A stretch of 20,000 nucleotides of DNA from an uncultured virus (IMG/VR IMGVR_UViG_3300030616_000579). Taxonomy: Duplodnaviria > Heunggongvirae > Uroviricota > Caudoviricetes. Below are positions 1 to 6,634 of this stretch, piece after piece (positions within the stretch are counted from its first letter, which is position 1; each line of letters starts with the position of its first letter). The notes below the pieces were generated by a model. It saw nothing but the letters and a program-made list of their open reading frames with translations. It searched no databases and had not been told where the DNA came from. Both the position numbers and the translations under genes were made by a program. The DNA lies in the IMG/VR virus record IMGVR_UViG_3300030616_000579; one strand, given 5' to 3'.

Positions 1-2200
1 AAACATTGATGTCATCTAAATCTACAACCAAAGATGTAAACTCAGCATCCGTTGCTATTTGTAAATTGTACCGACCTGCATCAATATTCGTCCAATTAAA
101 CGTTGGTGTCGATGTATAAATTGTTGTTTGATTACCGTTTCCTTGAATAGAAATAAATTGTATTGTTTCTCCAGTTGGTACCCAACCTCCAGACCCAGAA
201 AAAGATGGCATCGTTTCAGAATATGTTGTAACAAACAAAGAATCAATAGTTACATTACAATCTGAACCTGTTGTTGATGTAAACCAGAAACTCATATTAC
301 CACTAGGTATATTTGTAGTAATTTCTCTATCCAATGTTCCATTGTAATACACCTTAATACTTGTACTATTAATAACAAATGTTCTCAACTCATATTCATC
401 CAACGTAGCATTCACCGAATCATTTGTACCGCACCAACTATCTGATACACGAGTTTTCAACTGCACATTTGTTGAATTCATTATATAAGCACATCCATTC
501 TCTGGATAGTAAGATGGTGTACCAGATGCATCACCAAACCCAAGTATTGCATCATTAACTGAATCATCACTTACTTTTACTTTCATATTCAAAACACACG
601 GTATTGAAAACTGTTCCTCCGAATTTATATATTTGTTTGACCCAGATATGGTAAATTCACCATCACTATAATTCGATGTAGAACTTACACTTTCGACATC
701 ACCTTGCCAATATGGTGCAAAGAACCAATCAATCGGTACTTTCATCATACGCACTGAACTTGCCACATCAGTTTGATTTGCATAGGTAACAAGAACACAA
801 TCATCTTGTGTTAACACTGTTGTTGGATAGGACGTTCTTGAAGATTTATAAATTAAATTCCTTTCTAGACTTTTAAAAGACGTACAATCATCAACTGAGT
901 ATGTAACGTTTAATGGTATTCGCACTGCCTGATTGTCATATGTATTGTTATGTAATAAGAAAATGATGCGGTTCGGGTTCTCGGATATTCTTTGTAAAAA
1001 CTGCGGAGCCTTCCCGTTATATCTACCAGATGAAGTTGATGTTCCCCATTCCCAACCACCATCAGGTGAGAAACTATGATATATATCTAAAATTTCAGTT
1101 CTGCTACTCTGATATATCGAACCGTTTAACAATTCAACCATTGTTGTTTCATCAGAGTCAACCCCTTCTATTTGCGGTATCAAACTTATCGTATTCCAAT
1201 TTGTACCATTGTCATCACTATAACATAAGTATGTACCCCACTCACCTGGGTCATCTCCAATATCAGCCGTTGCACCTATCAACATTGTACCATTAGACAA
1301 TTTTATAAATGGAAACACAGCACCAGAATAAGCATGAGGAATATTCAAGTCTTCTCCTCCATCCCAAGTAGTTCCATTATCATAACTTGCATATACATAA
1401 CACGGGGAGTTATCTCTTGAATGCCAGTTTAAACACCCAGATAACAATGTACCATTGTCTGAAACACACAGAGAACTAGACAAAATAGACCACGTTCCTT
1501 GAACACCGATTGGATGTGTTTGTACTGGGTCTGTCCATGTTGTTCCATTATCAAATGAATAGGTATGATATGCTCTATAATTTCCATTATTTCTTGGTGC
1601 AACACCAGAATTGTACATAATAATAGCAGTACCATTTTGAAGTGTTGTACTTGCAGTTCCAGCTGCATATGGTCTACCAGCACTATTATTAGAAATCTGT
1701 ATATCATAAAATGTTGCTGTTGAATTTACAAAATAATATCCATATGTGTCACTGAATGGAAATACAGCTTCTGCACTACTGTTCAATGATGCATTTTCAT
1801 TACCAGTAAAAAGATAAATAGTTGAATAATTGTTTGTTGTTGTATTTATCCAATATGTAGCAAGTGTTGTACTGTTTTCTTGCAACCATTGAGGTAATTG
1901 TTCACCTTCCGTTGCATTGTTTGATGAACAAAACCTGATGTCATTTGGAAAGTCCTCAGAATAATCATTCAAATAGAACGTTCCATTTTCTGCATCATCT
2001 ATTCCATTTCCCTTATATAAATTGACTTTCATTTGATGGCACTCAAGTGAGTTTGATATAGAAATTGATTTATAATATTGCCATCCTGTCGATTCCTCCA
2101 ACTCAGCACGAATGTTGATATTATAATTTAAAACACTCACGCCCATCACTAGTGATACTACAACTATTATCACGAATATACTTACTTTCTTTCCTTCCAT
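1..2200 (-). CDS. Exported protein, 3'-truncated (>730 aa): signal/anchor + DUF2341-like domain + BNR/Asp-box sialidase-like beta-propeller + ConA/LamG-like sandwich + start of FN3-like domain
   Basis: Not in the ORF track because it has no stop in the window. Manual translation from ATG 2200 (AGGTGG upstream) gives MEGKKVSIFVIIVAVSLVMGVSVF..., then WQYYKSISI...DFPNDIRF...LPQWLQ...ATYWIN...TIYLFTGN (DUF2341-like). Five Asp-box-like motifs follow (SFDNGTTW, SYDNGTTW, SDDNGTNW, SPDGGWEW, SVDDCTSF), with ETTMVELLNG, RIPL and SYP. The frame ends TPTFNW...YNLQIATDAEFT and stays open to the window edge. Confidence 0.88.
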   Translation of the reverse strand, partial: MEGKKVSIFVIIVVVSLVMGVSVLNYNINIRAELEESTGWQYYKSISISNSLECHQMKVNLYKGNGIDDAENGTFYLNDYSEDFPNDIRFCSSNNATEGEQLPQWLQENSTTLATYWINTTTNNYSTIYLFTGNENASLNSSAEAVFPFSDTYGYYFVNSTATFYDIQISNNSAGRPYAAGTASTTLQNGTAIIMYNSGVAPRNNGNYRAYHTYSFDNGTTWTDPVQTHPIGVQGTWSILSSSLCVSDNGTLLSGCLNWHSRDNSPCYVYASYDNGTTWDGGEDLNIPHAYSGAVFPFIKLSNGTMLIGATADIGDDPGEWGTYLCYSDDNGTNWNTISLIPQIEGVDSDETTMVELLNGSIYQSSRTEILDIYHSFSPDGGWEWGTSTSSGRYNGKAPQFLQRISENPNRIIFLLHNNTYDNQAVRIPLNVTYSVDDCTSFKSLERNLIYKSSRTSYPTTVLTQDDCVLVTYANQTDVASSVRMMKVPIDWFFAPYWQGDVESVSSTSNYSDGEFTISGSNKYINSEEQFSIPCVLNMKVKVSDDSVNDAILGFGDASGTPSYYPENGCAYIMNSTNVQLKTRVSDSWCGTNDSVNATLDEYELRTFVINSTSIKVYYNGTLDREITTNIPSGNMSFWFTSTTGSDCNVTIDSLFVTTYSETMPSFSGSGGWVPTGETIQFISIQGNGNQTTIYTSTPTFNWTNIDAGRYNLQIATDAEFTSLVVDLDDINV

Positions 2201-2209
2201 TTTTTCCAC

Positions 2210-2590
2210 CTATAAAAAATGCATTCCTTCAAATGGTAATTCCCGTGAATCATCGTACCATTCATAGGACAATGATTCTTGGCCCCATTCTTTCTTTTTT
2301 CTCTGTAAATATCGTTTTAATACCATATCGTTTTTGTTCCACTTTCTTTGAGTAGTAAACGATTCTACTTGTAAAACACCATCACGAATAACTCTTTTTT
2401 TATGTTTCCACGTTCCTTGTGAACTAACTTTTGTTGTTCCACCAAACAGTTTTCTTAACTCTGTTTCTACTTCTCGTGCTCGTTTTTTATGTTCTCGTTT
2501 TGATATCTTCTTTGAAATACCAGTTGTATCTGGTACATAAACAACAATATGAACTGATAATCCTCTTTTTACTGGCCAATCATGTGTCAT
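2210..2590 (-). CDS. Hypothetical protein, 126 aa, possibly PII-like/DUF3574-like fold
   Basis: VVYVP...LFGGTT....GTW.....RD.V..V.SF...KKEWGQES pattern resembles DUF3574/PII-like small proteins as I recall them. Abuts the upstream gene (TAA-ATG). Confidence 0.65.
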   Translation of the reverse strand: MTHDWPVKRGLSVHIVVYVPDTTGISKKISKREHKKRAREVETELRKLFGGTTKVSSQGTWKHKKRVIRDGVLQVESFTTQRKWNKNDMVLKRYLQRKKKEWGQESLSYEWYDDSRELPFEGMHFL

Positions 2591-2695
2591 TTACCAATCT
2601 CCACATACAGGACAATATGTAAATGATTCATGTTCTCCATCATCGATTGTTTTCATTACACTCCCACAATTTGAACAAATTTTTGATTTTTGCAT
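2591..2695 (-). CDS. Zinc-ribbon microprotein, 34 aa
   Basis: Manual translation MQKSKICSNCGSVMKTIDDGEHESFTYCPVCGDW has CxxCG...CPxCG. It exactly fills the gap, with a TAATG overlap upstream and TAA-ATG downstream. Confidence 0.8.
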   Translation of the reverse strand: MQKSKICSNCGSVMKTIDDGEHESFTYCPVCGDW

Positions 2696-2940
2696 TATTC
2701 CAATCCGCCTATAGTGTTACCCCAATAGTCTTTTGTTTTTTTCCTCGATGGAACAACATACCCTGCATTTATCAAAGCATTTGCTGTACGTCCATAATGT
2801 CCTTGTAAATGCCACGCTTGTCCTGTATCTACAAGGTGTTGGAATAATTTTATTATTCCTTTTTTGTCTAACTGGCCTGTTTCGTATGCAATAATATTTG
2901 ATGTTAAATCATACGGTTTTGGCACCTTTACTTTTTTCAT
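2695..2940 (-). CDS. Conserved phage-type hypothetical protein, 81 aa
   Basis: IIAYExGxL...LFQHLVDTGxAWxLQGHYGRTAxALIxAG resembles a widespread small phage protein family (recognised from memory, function unknown). ATGA overlap and GGAGAGG upstream. Confidence 0.8.
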   Translation of the reverse strand: MKKVKVPKPYDLTSNIIAYETGQLDKKGIIKLFQHLVDTGQAWHLQGHYGRTANALINAGYVVPSRKKTKDYWGNTIGGLE

Positions 2941-3143
2941 TTTCTCATCCTCTCCATATTTTTTCCAGTATAGATAAACAATTTAGACTTATGGAATTCC
3001 GACTTTAGTATTTTTTCATATTTGTTTCCACATTTCGGACACTTTTTAGACATCGGACTTTTTCTATTGTAAACATGCTTACATTTCAAGCAAATTACCG
3101 TATGGTGTGGATATGGTTCCTGGATTGAGTCGTACATTCTCAT
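2937..3143 (-). CDS. Zinc-ribbon protein, 68 aa
   Basis: CLKC...CPKCG; basic; overlaps both neighbours. Confidence 0.78.
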   Translation of the reverse strand: MRMYDSIQEPYPHHTVICLKCKHVYNRKSPMSKKCPKCGNKYEKILKSEFHKSKLFIYTGKNMERMRK

Positions 3144-3811
3144 TTAAATGCTCTGCTTATAAATTTTTGAATAATAACAGGATGTGGTCTATCTGCTTCA
3201 AGATATAATTCTTCTTGTTGTTCTGGTGTTTTTCGCATTTTAATTCGTGGAAGTGTTCGTTCAATCACTAAAAACGTTGGTCGTGGTTCAGTTGTTAACG
3301 CCTTTGACATTGTTCGTGCTTGTTCAACAGTTGGTCTATGTACCATCTGTGCATACATTCCTCTTCCACGTGTCTTTCTATACCTGATTGCACCTTCACG
3401 TTCAAAATCTCTAATTGCAGCTTTACCATGTAACCCTGTTGCCTGTCCTACTTCCCAGTGGGCTATCTGTCTGTCTGATGTTGTTTCAGGTCTTCGTGGG
3501 TCATCATAGAGTTCATCGAGTTTCTCTTCAGAGAAATCTAACATTTCACCACTAGGTAAAATCCATCCACCTTTATGTGGGTCAGTAGTAACACCAAATT
3601 TTTTTCGAGCCCGTTCAATGTCTCCTTCTCTGTGAAACCGTGGATTAAATATTCTACAATCACGAAAGTTTGGAACACCATCATGGTCAATATCACTGGT
3701 GTCTAGTTTTTTAAAATCAACTGTCCAACTAACAAAACGATTTTTTCTACTAGGAAACCTCTTTCGTTTTGGTATCTTGATTATTGGTTTTGAATATATA
3801 TTTTTATACAT
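3140..3811 (-). CDS. Hypothetical protein (~223 aa) with N-terminal TSP3-like DxDxDG motif and a phage-type domain
   Basis: Start moved from TTG 3829 to ATG 3811 (GGTGAG upstream). DIDHDGVPNFRDCRIFNP is followed by FGVTTDPHKGGWILPSGEMLDFS...RQIAHWEV...GAIR...PTVEQ. Confidence 0.8.
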   Translation of the reverse strand: MYKNIYSKPIIKIPKRKRFPSRKNRFVSWTVDFKKLDTSDIDHDGVPNFRDCRIFNPRFHREGDIERARKKFGVTTDPHKGGWILPSGEMLDFSEEKLDELYDDPRRPETTSDRQIAHWEVGQATGLHGKAAIRDFEREGAIRYRKTRGRGMYAQMVHRPTVEQARTMSKALTTEPRPTFLVIERTLPRIKMRKTPEQQEELYLEADRPHPVIIQKFISRAFK

Positions 3812-3832
3812 GATATTTAATCTCACCAATTT

Positions 3833-3846
3833 TATTTAAAGATTTG
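3833..3846 (-). promoter_or_regulatory. Candidate archaeal TATA box with upstream A-run
   Basis: The minus strand reads CAAATCTTTAAATA in an AT-rich intergenic gap. TTTAAATA (3840-3833) ends ~22 nt before ATG 3811, a spacing compatible with a short-leader or leaderless transcript. Confidence 0.4.
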
Positions 3847-3861
3847 TGAAATTTTAATATT

Positions 3862-4140
3862 TTAGAATATAACTTTATCTCCTTCTTCATCAAATACTCT
3901 TCCTCTGTATTTTTTCAACAGTTCAAAAGCTGGTTTGTGTTTTATGTACGTGTTTTCTGAATAAACATTTGCACCACTACCAATAACAAATTTCTTGTTT
4001 TTGTCAAGCACCTCTAAGTGTCTATGTCTTCCAAAAACTTCTGTTTTATACCTGTACCCAATATCTTTTATCATTTTTTTAAACTCTTTTAATGTTATTG
4101 GTTCTCCTGGATTTATTATCATAGTTCGTCTCATAGGCAT
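3862..4140 (-). CDS. Hypothetical basic protein (~92 aa)
   Basis: Start revised to ATG 4140 (GGAGG upstream, 1 nt after the upstream stop). No recognised motif. Confidence 0.75.
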   Translation of the reverse strand: MPMRRTMIINPGEPITLKEFKKMIKDIGYRYKTEVFGRHRHLEVLDKNKKFVIGSGANVYSENTYIKHKPAFELLKKYRGRVFDEEGDKVIF

Positions 4141-4141
4141 T

Positions 4142-4498
4142 TTATAACCTCCCAAATGATTGTACTTTATAGATGTTTTCTGTCCATCCATGCGTTTTTT
4201 TATTTTCGTGTAACGCTCTTTTCAATAGTTTAACTAACATCTGATAATTCCACTTATGACATTCATCTCGTCTGAATATTGTTGTACCTGCTTGATATAG
4301 TTCGCCAAACGATAACGATGTCACATTTCCTTGTGTATCGTGATATCCAGTGATTTCATAGTGTGGTCGTTGTTTAGTCATCAAGTTGATACCGAAATTA
4401 CCACCAGACTTGTTTTTGTTATGCCATCGTTTTATGACCCTCTCAAGACCCAAATCTCGTTTGAGACTTGTTCCTCTCAGTTCTTTGATATTTATCAT
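4142..4498 (-). CDS. Hypothetical protein, 118 aa
   Basis: Overlaps the synthetase stop codon by 4 nt; GGAG upstream. No recognised motif. Confidence 0.7.
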   Translation of the reverse strand: MINIKELRGTSLKRDLGLERVIKRWHNKNKSGGNFGINLMTKQRPHYEITGYHDTQGNVTSLSFGELYQAGTTIFRRDECHKWNYQMLVKLLKRALHENKKTHGWTENIYKVQSFGRL

Positions 4499-5130
4499 TT
4501 ATCCAACTCCCTATTTCTCATCATAATTTTTTTCAATTTTCTTTTTTCATCATATGTAAATCCATCACGTTTGTAATTCTCGTGAGTTTTACTGAGATAG
4601 AACTTACCTTGGCGTTTTGTTTGAATCTGTATTTCAATTGGTCGTTCTCCTCTCCCTGCACGAATTATCATATGATATGCAACGTAATATCCATCCTTTG
4701 GGTTCTTGTAGAAGTTCTTTTCTTTGATAACTGGATACATTTTTCGTATTTCTTTCACTTTCGGCATGATATCCTTTTCTTTATCAACATAGATACGCAT
4801 CGCACCAATATCATTGAATGAATCAAGGTGTTTTCTCCTTAGTTTATTGATACAAGACCTAACTGTCTTTACTCGATAATCCTTTGCACCAACCCTTTTT
4901 GCTACACTCTTTGTTGTTTTTGTATATGGAATAGTGTGTTGTCTTATTTTCCGTAATTCCTCTGTCAATAATATCTCTGGATTTACTTGTATTGTTTTGT
5001 TTGGATTGAACGGATACATATCATCAGCATTAGGAATACCGTCCTCATCAAAATCACCAAACATAAATGAGCGGTTATTGATGTTTTTATTTAAACAGAA
5101 TGTTTTTATTTTAATTGGTTTTTGTTTCAT
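4495..5130 (-). CDS. RelA/SpoT-domain small alarmone synthetase (SAS)-like nucleotide pyrophosphokinase with N-terminal TSP3-like motif
   Basis: Ordered RSH synthetase motifs: RVKTVRSCINK, NDIGAMRI, YKNPKDGYYVAYH, IEIQIQT, then H. No hydrolase, TGS or ACT domains. Start likely ATG 5130, 2 nt after the upstream stop. Confidence 0.85.
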   Translation of the reverse strand: MKQKPIKIKTFCLNKNINNRSFMFGDFDEDGIPNADDMYPFNPNKTIQVNPEILLTEELRKIRQHTIPYTKTTKSVAKRVGAKDYRVKTVRSCINKLRRKHLDSFNDIGAMRIYVDKEKDIMPKVKEIRKMYPVIKEKNFYKNPKDGYYVAYHMIIRAGRGERPIEIQIQTKRQGKFYLSKTHENYKRDGFTYDEKRKLKKIMMRNRELDK

Positions 5131-5132
5131 GT

Positions 5133-5357
5133 CTACCAATATCTCGTTCTGATTCTATATGGTGTGTGTCTTGGTGGTTTATATGCCAATCGTGGTCGTT
5201 TCTTTTTCCTTCGATATGTACTTCTTGCTGGTCGTGCAATATTCTCTGTTTGTTGTGCAATACTGTTAGCTGTACGTGCTAACAAACCAAGACTTATGCC
5301 CATCCCTGCAATACCAAACACAGTGTTTGCAGTATTAGCTGGGTTATATGTTGCCAT
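5133..5357 (-). CDS. Small protein, 74 aa: hydrophobic Gly-rich helix plus highly basic tail (candidate virion membrane/matrix protein)
   Basis: AGGAGGT SD; VFGIAGMGISLGLLA segment followed by RRKKKRPR...RIRTRYW. Confidence 0.78.
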   Translation of the reverse strand: MATYNPANTANTVFGIAGMGISLGLLARTANSIAQQTENIARPARSTYRRKKKRPRLAYKPPRHTPYRIRTRYW

Positions 5358-5361
5358 ATTT

Positions 5362-5481
5362 TTACCTCCTTTTCTTTTTTGGATGTCTACATATTGGAGT
5401 TCGGTTTCGTCCTCGCCCTCCTTGCTTTCTTCCTATCTGCGTTCCATCCTTTCTACCAAATACCCCTCGTGGTCGTGACAT
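5362..5481 (-). CDS. Gly/Arg-rich basic microprotein, 39 aa
   Basis: Manual translation MSRPRGVFGRKDGTQIGRKQGGRGRNRTPICRHPKKKRR. TAATG overlap with the upstream gene; its 3' end contains the SD of the next gene. Confidence 0.72.
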   Translation of the reverse strand: MSRPRGVFGRKDGTQIGRKQGGRGRNRTPICRHPKKKRR

Positions 5482-5681
5482 TACTGCACCCTCTTAATCA
5501 ATCCTCTTTCCATAAATACTCGTGCATACCACTTTCTATTTGTATATGGGTCAGGGCCAACTACTGTCAACCATCCATTCTCACTGTATTCAGGCCCAAA
5601 CATTGATGTCTCAATATACCTAAGGGGTTTCCCGACAGCCTTCTTTAAATCCTTTTTTGTAGCATAACTTGCCCCTAACAT
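5481..5681 (-). CDS. Conserved phage-type hypothetical protein, 66 aa
   Basis: YxTKKDLKxxVGKPLRYIETSMFGPEY..NG...W/FYAxVxMExGLI resembles a small phage protein family (from memory). AGGAG upstream. Confidence 0.8.
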   Translation of the reverse strand: MLGASYATKKDLKKAVGKPLRYIETSMFGPEYSENGWLTVVGPDPYTNRKWYARVFMERGLIKRVQ

Positions 5682-5698
5682 ATTATCTTCTCCTTCTC

Positions 5699-5902
5699 TT
5701 ATTTCTCTCTACTCCACACCTTAATGATGTTTTTGTCAAATTCATCAGGTTCAACCCTAATAATTAAATTATGTCGTTTATACAAACGAATGATATCAAA
5801 TCTCATTTTTTTCGGAACTGTTCCATTATACTGAAACTTTTTACCATTAAATTCTTTGTACACGTTGAACACATTTAATTGCAAGTTTTTTTGGTTTTTC
5901 AT
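5699..5902 (-). CDS. Hypothetical protein (~67 aa)
   Basis: Start revised from GTG 5923 to ATG 5902 (AGGTG upstream). No motif. Confidence 0.65.
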   Translation of the reverse strand: MKNQKNLQLNVFNVYKEFNGKKFQYNGTVPKKMRFDIIRLYKRHNLIIRVEPDEFDKNIIKVWSREK

Positions 5903-5922
5903 ATATACACCTGTTAGCCACA

Positions 5923-6031
5923 CCTTTTTTCTATGTCAGCACTAGGGTTGGCGTGCATATTACCCAATGCTCGAGAATGGGAAAATGAACTGCAGTGTTT
6001 TTGCACCACAGTTCATCATAAAACGGAAAGG
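5923..6031 (-). ncRNA. Candidate structured RNA (four-way junction or strong hairpin) in an intergenic gap
   Basis: Minus strand: 13-bp hairpin ATGAACTGTGGTG-CAAAAA-CACTGCAGTTCAT (two G-U pairs), two smaller hairpins (CCCA..TGGG; GCAC..GTGC), closed by CCTTT-CCG-TTTTATG / CATAGAA-A-AAAGG. Confidence 0.35.
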
Positions 6032-6130
6032 TTAACCTTTGACACCGTTTTTCCCATATTTTTTTCTGCGAGTCCGCCACGCTTTCTTTGCAGCTTTGGC
6101 TTTCTTCGCAGATTTCCTTTTCTTTGCCAT
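6032..6130 (-). CDS. Lys/Arg/Ala-rich microprotein, 32 aa (protamine/H1-tail-like)
   Basis: Manual translation MAKKRKSAKKAKAAKKAWRTRRKKYGKNGVKG; AGGAGGT SD; 16/32 K+R, no acidic residues. Confidence 0.82.
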   Translation of the reverse strand: MAKKRKSAKKAKAAKKAWRTRRKKYGKNGVKG

Positions 6131-6150
6131 ATTGTATTACCTCCTATGGT

Positions 6151-6267
6151 CTAAGGTTTTCTTCCTCGCACTTTCCGTGGACTTCTCTTAACTTTCAGGC
6201 GTTTCACGTGTTTCGCTCTTTTAACACGCATTGGTTTAACACGTTGTGCTACCCTTGTTTTTTTCAT
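6151..6267 (-). CDS. Lys/Arg-rich microprotein, 38 aa (protamine-like)
   Basis: Manual translation MKKTRVAQRVKPMRVKRAKHVKRLKVKRSPRKVRGRKP; GAGGT SD overlapping the upstream stop; 19/38 K+R, no acidic residues. Confidence 0.78.
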   Translation of the reverse strand: MKKTRVAQRVKPMRVKRAKHVKRLKVKRSPRKVRGRKP

Positions 6268-6272
6268 TTTTT

Positions 6273-6512
6273 CTACCTCTTTTGTTTTAATTTACTAAAG
6301 AAATATTTTGCATCTGCACGAGCTTTACGTTCCGTATCTTTATCTTCAGTAACGTTTGCAAGTGATTGTGCTTTTCTTCCTGCTGATAAATATCGTGATT
6401 TCATTGTTTTACGTTTATCAGTTGCTGATAAAAGTTTTGCACGTCTAGTTGATGGTTTTTGGTCTTTTTTCCAACCAGAATGTTTCTTTGGATTGAACCA
6501 TTTTTTAGCCAT
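6273..6512 (-). CDS. Basic helical protein, 79 aa
   Basis: Start revised to MAKKWF at 6512 (TAATG overlap with 6512-6634). GWKKDQ...RR...AGRKAQSLANVTxD..T...AxADAxYFF. Confidence 0.8.
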   Translation of the reverse strand: MAKKWFNPKKHSGWKKDQKPSTRRAKLLSATDKRKTMKSRYLSAGRKAQSLANVTEDKDTERKARADAKYFFSKLKQKR

Positions 6513-6634
6513 TACTTTTTCCTTCTCTTTTTTGCTTTCCATTTTTTAATCGTCCACTTTCCTGCCACTCCAACATCCCGTCTCAATTTCACTAATCCCT
6601 CGTTTGCCTCATCTAACATTAATTTTGTTTTCAT
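6512..6634 (-). CDS. Basic microprotein, 40 aa
   Basis: Manual translation MKTKLMLDEANEGLVKLRRDVGVAGKWTIKKWKAKKRRKK. Starts right after the upstream TAA, has GGAG upstream and ends in a TAATG overlap. Confidence 0.65.
   Translation of the reverse strand: MKTKLMLDEANEGLVKLRRDVGVAGKWTIKKWKAKKRRKK

Noticed and set aside
5923..6031. tRNA gene or hammerhead ribozyme
   Set aside because: No TTCRA T-loop in a proper arm, no 7-nt anticodon arm and no CCA. The hammerhead core CTGANGA...GAAA is not matched.
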